Assembly (NCBI RefSeq): GCF_006345805.1
Contig: NW_021836833.1
Coordinates: forward strand, 1 to 37,412
From: Octopus sinensis
Lineage: Eukaryota
Reading direction: 5' to 3'
Length of the DNA stretch: 37,412 nucleotides
In this document: one piece after another, positions 10,509 to 22,715 of the stretch
How positions within the stretch are numbered: position 1 is the first letter of the stretch
How the letters are laid out: every line of letters begins with the position of its first letter
Notes under the pieces: model-generated
The model's input: the letters and a program-made list of their open reading frames with translations, nothing else
Told to the model about the DNA's origin: nothing
Databases searched by the model: none
Made by a program: the position numbers and the translations under genes

Positions 10509-11655
10509 TTCTGTTGCAGATGTGTCGATACGAATCCGAACACGTACGCCTCTGGCCATTAACAACTATGAAGAGATTTAAAGTCCTTAGAAATGAAGAA
10601 AAAAGCATTCTCTCTCTCTCTCTCTCTCCCTCTTTCTCTCTCTCTCTTTCTTTCTCTCTCTCCAAGTATATTAAACCACTTTAGTAGAATATATATATAT
10701 CTACCGCTATGACTATAACTGCTAACAGTCGTGTATTTTTTTGTTGCTTTTTTTTGGTTTTGTCTTTCTGTTTTTTAACGAACTTAGTTATTGAAATATG
10801 ATAGTGGGTGTATAGACATTATTGTGTCTATAAATGGTGCCATTGTCAATGAGATGTATCTTAGGAACTATTATTTCTTGCTGGCGCAAGAATCGCTGGA
10901 TGGTTAAGAAGTTCGCATTCTAACCAAGAGTTCCCGAGGTGTGCTATGAGACGTTTTGGCATTGCAGTTATGGCGCCGCCTATTTGGCGTTACTGATTCG
11001 ACGTTGACTTCTTTGACATCAATCGTTTCTTTTGTTTTCTCCCTCCCTCTCTTTCCCTCTCTCTTTTCTGTCCAGCTTTCTCCTCTTCCCCTCTCTTCCC
11101 CCTCCCCCCATACTTTCCTCTCCCTCCCATAGTTTCCTCTCCTCCTCTCTGTGTTGATGTGTGAGAGCATAGTTTTCTTTATGAGAATGAGAGAGAAAAA
11201 CATTGTAACGAGTCTCTCTTTCTCTCTATTACTCTTTCTGTGTGTGTATATTTTCGCGTGTGCGTGATGTATGTGTGTGTGTGTGTGTCGGTGCGTGCAT
11301 GTGTGTGTGTGCGTGTATGTGTCTGTGGGGCGTTGTCCTCCAGTGCCAAAATGTACTGCCGTTAAAACAAGCTGAATGTCTAGTCAGCCGCGCCAACCCG
11401 TCAGCTTCCAAGCAGCTGCGCCCACTCGTCTCATATCGCCGAGGTTGATCGCACTATATGACATCTTGGACACGTGACTTCTGTTTATCATAGTCTCAAT
11501 TTGACTCTCAAGTTTTGTCTGTAAAATGGTGTTGGCGGAAACTGCGTTGAAGCCCTTCAGACACAATGTAGCTTCAGTCCAAGGATGTCCTTATCATGCA
11601 CTAGAAAAAGCTTCATAACCATTCATTTATTTTAATATTGTTTTACTACTATTGG

Positions 11656-11905
11656 TAGAGGCGCGTGGCTTAGTAGTTAGGGTGTCAGCATCATGATCGT
11701 AAGATTGTGGTTTCGATTCCTGGACCAGGCGACGCGTTGTGTTCTTGAGCAAAACACTTCATTTCACGTTGCTCCAGTCCACTCAGCTGGCAAAAATGAG
11801 TAACGCTGCGATGGACTGGTGTCCCGTCCAGCTGGGGAACACATACGCCATAGAAACCAGGAAACCGGGTCCATGAGCCTGGCTAGGCTTTAAAAGGGGC
11901 GCATT
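11656..11905 (+). mobile_element. SINE family C
   Basis: Near-identical to 4977-5227. Confidence 0.9.
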
Positions 11906-12214
11906 TATTTATTTTTTATTATTACTATTGAGTCCGTAGAATATTCAACCGCTTCCACTGCAATTCCATGAGTAAATGGTTCAAGTTATCTAACAACGAG
12001 GATATTTAATAAAGAAACCGATACAAGATCTATTTGAAAGATATTGTGATATTTACATGAAGGGGCATGAAAGGGAGCAGCAAGGAGAGCAGAGTCTAAT
12101 ATTTTTTAGAATATTTATCTTCTTGTATGCTTTATATATTTCAGTTATTATACTACGACCTTGAACTAATTTTAATTGGTTGAATCGACTCCAATACTAA
12201 TTATTATTATTATT

Positions 12215-12748
12215 GAGTGAGAGAGCAGTGCGTGCCATCAAAGTGACACTGAGGTAAAATATACGAAGCCCAGTATACCCATCATGACAACCCGTCTTAT
12301 AAGGGTACACCAGGCACATGCATCACAAATATATGTGCGCGACATTGTGATCTCATATCAAGATAAACGGCACATGACCTTGCAGGTGGGGCCCAGTTAG
12401 AATTTTCTTCTGGTCGAGTAACCCATCCCGCTCGAAAGGTCCCCGAATAAGGGTTGTTTAAGGATGTTGAACGAAACACCCATGTTTCCAGAGGTGAATT
12501 ATTCAAACCTCAAAGAATCCCTCTCAACACATGGCTATGATGCTCCTCCCACTACTTTTGCTCATGATCAGAGATGCACATATCGTCAGCCACTAAGGGA
12601 CATGTTCAACTTGTTAAAGTCAAACAACTGACAAGCAAATCTGTGGTATCGAACAGAATATTTGCTGTAGCCCATCTTTTATACCAAGACAAACCAATCA
12701 GTTAAGATCAGAAGCCATGAGAGCCACTGTCTGGTACTGCATCAGGGC

Positions 12749-12752
<4 letters not shown>
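12215..12752 (-). mobile_element. Non-coding retroelement with a (TAA)n tail, inserted in (TAA)n
   Basis: Homologous to 30555-31001 (+); flanked on both sides by (ATT)n. Confidence 0.8.
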
Positions 12753-12818
<66 letters not shown>

Positions 12819-12860
12819 GTTATTATTATTGTTATTATTGTTATTATTATTGTTATTATT

Positions 12861-12895
<35 letters not shown>

Positions 12896-12940
12896 AATTG
12901 TTGTTGTTATTGTTGTTGTTGTTGTTGTTGTTGTTATCAT
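12753..12940. repeat. (ATT)n/(GTT)n microsatellite
   Basis: Direct reading. Confidence 0.95.
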
Positions 12941-13115
12941 TCATGGTTTCCTTTTATTTTAACTTTATTTCAGCTGCCTTAGTACCGGGCATCCTCCGGA
13001 GGCCAAGCGAATCAAGGGCACTTTTGTTTTGCTATGCATGCTAAAATTATCTCTACATTTATTCCATTTTAGATGGAGAGTGCTTTCCGTAGTATATTAT
13101 TTAAAAAAAAAAAAA

Positions 13116-13349
13116 AAAAAAATGGAGAAATATTGATGAACAACAATTGACTTATATCAATTATTATTTATTCATTCAATACACAGACTGTATTTGGTTA
13201 GCCCAAGGCTATAGCAGAAAACACTTGCCCAAGGTACCACTCAGTGATACTCAACCCCAAACCATGTGGGATGCAGTTTATTTGCATTGAATTAATAAAT
13301 AATAATTAATGTAAGTTAATTGTTGTTCATCAGTACTTCTCCATTTTTT
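13116..13349. repeat. ~75-bp imperfect inverted repeat enclosing a SINE B fragment
   Basis: 13116-13190 aaaatggagaaatattgatgaacaacaattgactta... vs 13274-13349 ...taagttaattgttgttcatcagtacttctccatttt. Confidence 0.8.
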
Positions 13350-13559
13350 GTTTTCTTTAAATTTTGTTTCTTGATAAACCCATGGTTATCCTTGACTTTA
13401 CCTATAACTTATGAGCATAATATGTTTGCATGGGTATGCCCATGGTTAAACATAGGTAATGAACCGGTAGTGTAAAGGATACTTCTATCCCTTAGACGGT
13501 TATTTTAATCTGAAACTCAGCTCTCCGTAGTATATTATTATTATTATTATTATTATTAC

Positions 13560-15592
13560 TTTTTTTTTTCTTCTTACAAATTTGCTTCCATTTCTTGCCG
13601 AGTGTCTTCCCGACTCCTAGGGCAAAGAAACTCATAGCATACATTGGTAGGCCATTAAACCAAACTCAGTAGTTCGTTCATTTTTTTTTATTTTTTTAAG
13701 TTAAATTAAAATACATGAGCAGCAACAGTTCCCACATCGACAATGCTCTTCTCAATACGTGTGATGTACCAGTTAAGACAATCTTTTGCACTTCTTGCAG
13801 GGATGGTAAGCCAGGGATCATTCTCATATAATTTTCGGTTCCCTTCTTGATCATTCCTAGTGCTCCTACGATCACTGGTATTGTAACCGCCTTGAGATGC
13901 CACATTTTCTCAATTTCAATGAGTAGGTCTTTATATTTTCTGAGCTTGTCAAACTCTTTCGCTGAGATATTATGATCACAGGGGATGCTCATGTCGATCA
14001 ATAAGCAAACTTTATTGTTTTGATCTTTCACAACAATATCTGGTTTATTGGCCTTGATGGTTCGGTCTGTATGTACTGGAAAGTCCCACAGAATGGTTAC
14101 ATTTTCTCCTTCAGTTACAGCCTCAGGGTGGTGATTATACCACTTGTCGGCAGTTTTGATATTGTAATGCCGACTTATTAGCCAGTGGAGATATTGGCCA
14201 ACTCTGTCATGTCTTAATTTATACTCCACTGGTGCTAAGACTTTACATCCAGAGATTAGGTGGTCCACTGTTTCAATCATGTCGTTGCAGAATCGGCATT
14301 TTGGGTCTGCTCCATTTTTCATCACATTGGCCTGGTAGTTCCGGGTTAATAGGCTTTGATCTTGAGCAGCCAGGATGAAACCTTCGCTCTCTGCTTTTAG
14401 CCCTGAGCTCCGTAGCCACTGATGGGTTTGCCTCTGGTCAACATCAGCTTGTTTGCTGCGGGTCACATATTTGCCGTGCAGAGGTTTCTCCTCCCACCTA
14501 TCAGCCAATTGCTCGTGCGCTTTCTTCATTGCCATCATTTTCACCTTCTTTGCAACAATAGTTGCCGTACTTCCCTCGGGTTGTTCAGTTTGGGTATCCT
14601 GCACGAGATCAATAGCAAATTTTTTGCTTTCCTTTATGATAGAATGAAGCTTCTTTCGTCTCTCGTGATTTTCCACGAGCTTTAGCATCCAGTCATTCGA
14701 TATTTCGAGATATTTGGCCAGTCCAATTGTGGTTGTTTTGTAAGCTAGTTCAAATGGATCAGGCCTCGACCTCCTTGGGCTCTGGGAAGGTAAAGGCGAT
14801 CTACGTCTGCTTTTGGGTGGTGCATCCTATTACAACTCAGCAGCTTGCGTATTTTTCTATCTATATTCTTTACTTCACTCATATTCCAGTTCAACACATT
14901 GTAGCTATAAGTAACAACTGGAACTGCTAAGGAATTTATAGCTAACACCTTGTTACGTGCATTTAGTTCAGATTTCAGGACTGCACGAACTCTCCTATAA
15001 CATTCCTTCCTGATTTTCTCTTTCATGCTTGCATGCTGAATACCAGAGCCTTCATTATCCCTAAATATTTGTATGTTTGTTCTTGCTCAAGCTCTCTTAT
15101 GACTGTGTCAACATCTAACACGACTGAATTGTGGTCTTCACTTTCCCTTTCTTGAAAGTGGCCTTGGCACACTTCTCAAGTCCAAACTCCATCCCGATGT
15201 CATCGCTGAATGCTTTCACGGTGCGCAATAAGCCTTCAAGTTCATTATTGTCTTTACCATAAAGTTTTAAGTCATCCATATAAAATAGATGGCTTATTTT
15301 TTTATTGGCAATTTTATACCCATACCCTGTTCTGTTTAATTCACTTGTAAGGGGTATTAGGGCTATGCAGAATATTAAAGGTGAAAGTGAGTCACCTTGA
15401 AAAATTCCACAGTTGATGTTTATATTTTCTGAGGCAAGTACTCCATTAGAGTGGTATAATTGGAGATTCGTATTCCACTACGACATATTGTGCTTCAGGA
15501 AGTTTGAAATCACAGGGGATATTTTGAAGATGTCCAGCGATCTCAAGATCCATGGATGTGGTATACTGTCGAAGGCCTTTTTGTAGTCAATC

Positions 15593-15594
<2 letters not shown>
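13560..15594 (-). mobile_element. R4/Dong-clade RLE non-LTR retrotransposon, 5'-truncated within RT
   Basis: WIDYKKAFDSIPH, GIFQGDSL, LFYMDDL, CRFC..H..C, RHDRV, KPDIVV..IDMSIP..K.RKY, QKIVLTGTSHVLRR; 330-aa C-terminal ORF 13696-14688 open, frameshifts upstream. Confidence 0.95.
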
Positions 15595-15630
<36 letters not shown>

Positions 15631-15651
15631 TATTATTATTATTATTATTAT

Positions 15652-15849
15652 TCAGTAGTTTTATTTTTATATCGTGGTTTCACTTCACTACCGAGCACAG
15701 CTCTGTGTGCCTTGGGTATGTGCTGTGATATGTGGTGATGCTCTGATGGTTATTGTATGGAAAGTGTTCTGCGTAGGATGTGTGCAGTACCTAGTAGTGC
15801 AATTTTCTGTATGTTATATGTGTTTGTAAGTCCTGGTGTTTTTGTGTTG

Positions 15850-15850
<1 letters not shown>
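15652..15850 (-). mobile_element. 3' end of a second R4/Dong family
   Basis: PGLTNTYNIQKIALLGTAHILRRTLSIQ* plus short 3'UTR, between (TAA)n tracts. Confidence 0.85.
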
Positions 15851-15928
<78 letters not shown>

Positions 15929-15974
15929 CATCATCATTATCATTACTGAGTGAGTGAGAGAGCAGTGCACGCAA

Positions 15975-16203
15975 TAAATGGGCCCTTTTTAAAGCCTAGT
16001 CAGGCTCGTGGGATCGGTTTCTATGGCGTATGTGTTCCCCAGCTGGACGGGACGCTAGTTCAGCGCAGCGTTACTCATTTTTGGCAGCTGAGTGAACTGG
16101 AGCAACTTGAAATGAAGTGTTTTGCTCAAGAACACAACGTGTCGCCCGGACCAGAAATCGAAACCACAATCTTACGATCATGATGCTGACACCCTAACCA
16201 CTA
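15975..16203 (-). mobile_element. SINE family C
   Basis: Reverse complement of the 11656-11905 type. Confidence 0.88.
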
Positions 16204-16209
16204 ATTGTC

Positions 16210-16380
16210 TTAAATTTTAGTACAAGAAAGTATGTGGGTGGATGGGTGGCAAGCTGATCTAAAAACGACCCTAGTACTTGACTATTAATTTACTTTACCG
16301 ATCCCGGAAGGACGAAAGGTAAAGTTAACTTCGGTGGAATTTGAACTCCGAACGTAAAAGGTCGGAAGAGATGCCGCTAA
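16210..16380 (-). mobile_element. Degenerate SINE family A
   Basis: gaaaggtaaagttaacttcggtggaatttgaactc. Confidence 0.7.
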
Positions 16381-16710
16381 AGCAAGCAAATGGATAGATG
16401 GGTGAAGTGTTACCAGGATCTCTACTCACGGGGGACCACGGTAGCTGACGCTGCAATCGAGGGTGTCAAGATCTTGCCAGTCATGTGTGAACTTGACAGT
16501 CTGCCATCTATAGCAGAGATCACCAAGGCTATTGATTCCCTAGCGAGTAACAATGCTCCGGGAAAAGACGACGTCCCCTTAGAGATCATCAAAACCGGCA
16601 AAAACACCATGCTGCTTCGGCACCTTCATGAGCTTCTGTGTCAGTGCTGGGAAGAGGGTACAGTCCCTCAGGATATGCGAGATGCTAACATCATTACGCT
16701 TTACAAAAAC
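16380..16710 (+). mobile_element. Internal RTE LINE fragment
   Basis: About 21 substitutions in ~330 bp relative to 18590-18919, no indels. Confidence 0.92.
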
Positions 16711-17032
16711 AACTCTGTGCCTTTGTGTTCGTTCTTAGACATTAAAAATGTAGATGCTACCGAATGTGTGGTGTTTGTCCTTCCTGAATTCGGCATCAAT
16801 AAAATAATAGCAATGTTTAATTCAGGTTGTTTCAGTGAACCGTAACCTTTCCTTTACAAATATTTAACCTGACGACAATGGTTGAAATCAATATTGAATG
16901 TAGTGAGGTGTAGTGAAGCAGACGATAGATACCCCACCACCCTTATCACCACCACCTAAAAAGAGATGGAAGTCCTTCTAATTTACTGCAATACGAAACA
17001 ATATATAAGAATGTATTGCTGTCATAGAGAGC

Positions 17033-17094
<62 letters not shown>

Positions 17095-17100
<6 letters not shown>

Positions 17101-17319
17101 CTGAGAATGTGTGTCAGTCTGTCTGTGTGAATCCCTAAATCTTGAGAACTACACAACCAATTTCATTCAAATTTTACACAGGCTTTACTTAGGGTCCATG
17201 CACTGTCATGGGCAAAAAAAGTGTTTAACTTCTTGCCTAGGGCGAGCCAACAGCAATATCACATCTTCTCCACTATTTCAGTATTACGTGTTAAAAGTGA
17301 AACAAAAGCATCTCTCTAT

Positions 17320-17320
<1 letters not shown>
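17095..17320 (+). mobile_element. Non-autonomous Helitron/Helentron-like fragment
   Basis: tatatataa...gtctgtctgtgtg...aactacacaaccaatttcattcaaattttacaca pattern typical of such elements. Confidence 0.45.
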
Positions 17321-17370
<50 letters not shown>

Positions 17371-17594
17371 ATGTATATGCATACATGTATATGTATAGAT
17401 GTATATGTATAGATGTATATATATAGATGTATATGTATAGATGTATTTCTATAGATATACATGTATATGTAAACATGTATGTCTAGATGTATATATAGAT
17501 GTACATGTAATATGTCCACATATATATACACATATATACATATATACACCCACACACACATACATACACACCGATCCCCCCACACACACACATA

Positions 17595-17800
17595 TAGGTG
17601 CAGGTGTGGCTGTTGTGGTGATAAACTTGGTTCCAAAACATATTGTCTTCAGTTCAGTCCCACTGTGTGGTAACTTGGCATGTGTCTTCTGCTGTAGCCT
17701 CAGACCAACCAAAGCCTTGTCAGTGGATTTTGTAGACAGAAACTGAAAGAAATCAATTGTATGTATGAATATATGTATGTATATATGTAAGTGTATGTGT
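17595..17800 (+). mobile_element. SINE family B 5' half (3' half at ~20560-20760), interrupted by RTE
   Basis: Head and CORE-like body upstream, remaining body downstream of the RTE. Confidence 0.75.
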
Positions 17801-20553
17801 TTTGGTATTGGCAACATGAATGACAATGGTCAGAGACTACTTGAATTTTGTACATACCATAACCTGTGCATCACTAACACATTCTTTGCCAACAAGACAT
17901 CCCACAAGGCATCTTGGAGACATCTAAAATCTCACCACCGGCATCAGCTAGATCTCATCACTACACAAAGATCCTTTCTGAATTCTGTTCAACTGACCCG
18001 TAGTTATCACAGCGTGGATTGTGACACAGATCATTCACTAATAAGAAGCAGGGTGAGGAATCTGCCTAAAAAGTCCATCACTCCAAGAAAATAGGCCGAC
18101 CATGCATTAACACTGCCAGAACCTCGGGCCCTACACTGCGACAATGTTTTGCTGTTTCTATCAAAGTTGCCCTCAGTAGCTGCCCAACCTCTTTTGCTGA
18201 AAGTAGGTGGAATTATATCAGGGAAGCTTTGTATACCACATCAATAGATACTTTCGGCATGAGAGAAAGGCAAAACCCAGATTTTGTTCAGTGCTGGGCT
18301 CTCAGAGCTGGAAACAGTTATCGAAACAAAGCGTGCAGCTCTGATGCAATACAAGAGTCATTCTTCTACAAAGTCACTCGAAGAACTCAGAAAGGCAAGA
18401 AATAAAACCCAACTGACTGCCAGATGCTGTGCAAATAGGTATTGGCAGGAAATCTGTCAGAGTATCCAGTCAGCTGCTGACAGTAGCGACACCCGTGGGA
18501 TGTATGCCGGTTTGAAGAAGGCCCTCGGTCCATCCGCAACCAAGTCAGCCCCTCTGAAATCAACTAGTGGGGATCTCATCAAGGACCAAAGCAAGCAAAT
18601 GGATAGATGGGTTAAGTACTACCAGGATCTCTACTCACAAGAGACCACGGTAGCTGACGCTGCAATCGAGGGTGTCAAGATCTTGCCAGTCATGTGTGAA
18701 CTTGACTGTCTGCCATCTATAGCAGAGCTCCCCAAGGCTATTGACTCCCTAGCAAGTAACAAGGCTCCAGGAAAAGACGGCATCCCCTCAGAGATCATCA
18801 AAGCCGGCAAAAACACCATCCTGCTTCGGCACCTTCATGAGCTTCTGTGTCAGTGCTGGGAAGAGGGTACAGTCCCTCAGGATATGCGGGATGCTAATAT
18901 CATTACGCTTTACAAAAGCAAAGGTGACCGTGGTGATTGTAACAATTACCGTGGAATATCTCTTCTAAGCACTGTTGGAAAGGCCTCTGCTCCCATTATC
19001 CTGTCCAGGCTGCAACTGCTTGCTTCTCGAATTTATCCAGAATCGCAGTGTGACTTTAGAAGAAGCAGATCAACTATTGACATGATATTCTCCATACGCC
19101 TACTTCAGGAGAGTCCAGAGAGCAGAAAATGCCATAATATATGGCCTTCATTGATCTGGCAAAGGCGTTTGACTTAGTAAGTAGAAAAGGCCTCTTCATC
19201 CTGCTCCAAAAAATCGGATGTCCACCAAAGCTTCTGAAGATCATCAAATGATGATATGCAAGGCACCATACAGCACAATTGTTCAACATCAGCCGCCTTC
19301 CAAATAAAAAATGGGGTAAAGCAAGGTTGTGTCCTTGCTCCTACATTATTTGGCATCTTCTTCTTGCTGCTGTTGTCACATGCCTTTGAGACATCAGATG
19401 ATGGACTGTTTCTGCACAGTAGAAGTGATGGGAAACTGTTGAATCTCTCGCGTCTGCGTACCAAGACCAAAATCAGAAGCGTCCTGATCAAGCGGCATCA
19501 TCAGCAAATAGTATCAAGGAGATGCTATTTGCTGATGATGCCGCTCTGGTATCACACACAGAAGAAGTCCTACAAAGGCTCATCAACTGTTTTGAGCAAG
19601 CATGTGGCAACTTTGGTTTAGTTATCAGCCTCAAGAAGACCAACATCATGGGTTAGGCTACATCGGACATCCCCAACATACATATTGGAGACCACAGACT
19701 ACAGGAGGTGGAGAAGTTTACCTATCTTGGCTCTACCGTCACCTACAACCTATCCTTTGATGCTGAGCTCAATATACGCATTGGCAAGGCAGCTGCTGTG
19801 ATGGTCCAACTCTCCAAACGGGCATGGGACAACAATAAGCTGACCAAGACCACAAAAATGAAGATTTACCAGGCATGTGTACTTAGCACTCTACTGTATA
19901 TAAGTGAGCCTTGGACGCCATACACACGCCATACGACGCCATACGTCGCCTAAATATCTTTAACCTGCGCTGCCTCTGGAAAATCCTTCGCATCAAATGG
20001 CAGAATCACGTCCCCAACAAAGATGTCTTCAAGCTAGTAGGAATACCAAGCATGTTTGCACTCCTCACACAAAGACGTATGAGATGGCTTGGACATGTTA
20101 GCCGTATGGAAGATGGCAGAATCCCCAAGGACATACTCTACGGAGAACTTGCTAGGGGCACTAGGCCTGTGGGAAGACCGTTCTTACGATACAAGGATGT
20201 TTGCAAAAGGGACATGAATGCCTGCAACATCAATAGTACCAACTGGGAAGCAGTTGCCAGCAACCGTGGAGATTGGCGACGTACCGTAAAAGAGGGAACA
20301 CAAAGGAGTGACATAGAGAGAGAGAGAAGTATTGGAAAGACAAGAAAAGACGTCAACAAGAAACTATGACATTACCACCAGCCAGGCAAAGTCTTCGCTA
20401 CATTTACGGCACCTGCAAGAGGGAGTGTTTGTCCAGGATAGGACTACACAGCCACAGCAGGAGATGTATTAGGACATGAAATGTAAAAGCCGGACTAGAT
20501 TTTTTTATACGCAACTCCATTGTCTCCCGAGACAAAAAGGATGCCAACAACAA
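17801..20553 (+). mobile_element. RTE-clade LINE, 5'-truncated within the APE endonuclease, disabled
   Basis: NDNGQRLLEFC..NTFF..DCDTDHSL (APE), KAPGKDGI, NYRGISLLS, GVKQGCVLAPTLF, LFADD, FTYLGS, RWLGHVSRM, C-terminal CGTC..HSH, short 3'UTR ending gccaacaacaa; several stops and frameshifts. Confidence 0.95.
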
Positions 20554-21035
20554 TATATATGGATTTCGTAGACAGGAACTGAAACAAATCAATCGTATAT
20601 ATATGCATGTATATATGTAAGTGAATGTGTGTATCTTTGTCTCTGTGTTTCGCCCTCATCACTGCTTCACAACTGCTGTTCATTTATTTACATCCACATA
20701 ACTTACTGGTTTCACTAGAACAAACTAATAGAATAAGTACTAGGCTTATCAAAATAAAAAAGCACTAGGCTGTGTCTCATATTTTTGTTTGCCCACTAAG
20801 TTGTATCTATCAATTTATCTTTGTATGTGTATGTGTCTGTGTATATCTATATCTATATCTATCTATCTATCTTTCTATATATATATATTTGGCATTAGAA
20901 TTTTTATTTTGCCCTTATTTTATAAGTTATTTATAAATTTAACCTTTAAAGGTATTTTTGATATACTGGCCATCGATAAAATATTTTTTTCGAAAAAAAA
21001 GAATTATCCTACATTAGTTATATATATATATACAT

Positions 21036-21086
<51 letters not shown>

Positions 21087-21087
21087 G

Positions 21088-21150
<63 letters not shown>

Positions 21151-21163
21151 ATATATATATATA

Positions 21164-21281
21164 AGTAGTATTAGAGGGAGAGAACCACTTTCTACTCAAT
21201 CAACACTGAAAGATTTTATGCCCGAGTAAAAAATCTTTCAGTGTTGATTGAGTTGAGGGTGGTTCTGTCTCTAAAACTACT
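21164..21281. repeat. Foldback hairpin with ~54-bp arms and a 24-bp perfect core
   Basis: 21194-21217 actcaatcaacactgaaagatttt is the exact reverse complement of 21230-21253. Confidence 0.92.
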
Positions 21282-21388
21282 TTTATTATATACGAATTAA
21301 GCATTGAGAGATGTTCGTTTTAGAACACCTAATTTGAATGTCTTTTTCTTGTGTACTCGGAAGTAATTTTCCCTAATAATTATAATAA

Positions 21389-21425
<37 letters not shown>

Positions 21426-21429
21426 TGTT

Positions 21430-21631
21430 TACTCTTTTACTTTTTTTACTTGTTTCAGTCATTAGATTGCATCCATGCTGGGGCGCGACCTTCAAGAATT
21501 TTTGGTTGAATGAATTGAACCCAGTAATTATTCTTTCTTTTACTTATCCCATCGATCACTATTGCCGGACCACAATGTTCCCGGTACGTAAACACACCAA
21601 TCACCGGTTGTCAAGCGGTAGTGGAGAACAT

Positions 21632-21664
<33 letters not shown>

Positions 21665-21811
21665 CACGACAGGCTTCTTTCTGTTTCTGTCTATCATATC
21701 AACTCATTAGGCTTCGGTTGGCCCAAAGCTATAGTAGAAGACATTTGTCTACAGTGCCGTGTGATAGGACTGAACCCGGAACCATGTAGTTAGAAAGTAA
21801 GCTTGTTACCA
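21430..21811 (-). mobile_element. SINE family B, diverged
   Basis: Consensus match on the minus strand. Confidence 0.8.
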
Positions 21812-22369
21812 CGAATTTTTTTATGCTCATATATATTCAGAAGAGATTATTTGCTATTTTCTTGGTCCCTAGGAGCCATAAGGCCAGCTATCTGTTTCCA
21901 TGGTTTATAAGTGATCAAGACCCCGTTTCCCCTTAAACAGGATGCAGGGTTTAATTTTCAAGGGTAGGGAAGAAGGTCGATTACACCGAGCCCAGTGACT
22001 GCTTCTTTATTTTAATAAAAGCAAAGTCGACTTTTGCAGGATTTGAACTCAGGTTGCAAAGAACTGAAAGAAAGGTTGCTAAGCATTTTGTCCGATGCGC
22101 TAACAATTCTGCAGCCTCGCCGCCTTATTGTTATGAATATAGATCTCAAATTTTGGGTCGAGGCCAGCAAGTTCGTGGGAAATGGGTAAATCGATCGCAT
22201 AGACTCCAGTGCTCAGCCGAGACATATTTTATCGATCTCGAAATGAAGAAAAGCAAGGTCAACTCAGAACGTAAAGACAGACGAAATGCTGTTACGCATT
22301 TTATTCGACGCGCTAACGATCCTGCTACTTCGCCACCTTATATGTTTTTGCTCATTATTTTGGAATGGT

Positions 22370-22715
22370 GGAGGCGCAATGGCTTAGTGGTTAGGGCAGC
22401 AGACTCGCAGTCGTGGGATCGCAGTTTCAATTCCCACACCGGGCATTGTGAGTGTTCGTTGAGCGAAAACACCTAAAGTTCCACGAGGCTACGGCAGGTG
22501 GGGGGTGGGAGGCGAACCCTGCTGTACTCTTTCACCACAACTTTCTCTCACTCTTTCTTCCTGTTTCTGTTGTACCTGTATTTCAAAGGGCCAGCCTTGT
22601 CACACTCTGCGTCACGCTGAATCTCCCCGAGAACTACGTTAAAGGTACACACGTCTATGGAGTACTCAGCCACTTGCACGTTACTTTCACGAGCAGGCTG
22701 TTCCGTTGATCAGAT
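22370..22715 (+). mobile_element. SINE family D head with an alternative tail
   Basis: ggaggcgcaatggcttagtggttagggcagc head; tail shared with 28790-28930. Confidence 0.85.

Noticed and set aside
9104-10684. Long ORFs (up to 259 aa) in many frames
   Set aside because: Translations of stop-free (TAG/ATG/TATG)n microsatellites
11330-11352. Minus-strand UUUGGCACUGG resembling the miR-96/263 seed
   Set aside because: No complementary arm for a pre-miRNA hairpin
16380-16710. A-to-G excess relative to 18590-18919 as a sign of an ADAR-edited retrocopy
   Set aside because: 7 A/G vs 4 G/A differences, and four of the seven are CG/CA, which CpG decay explains
16870-16900. CUGACGA..GAAA followed by a palindrome
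   Set aside because: No UH cleavage site and no stem I
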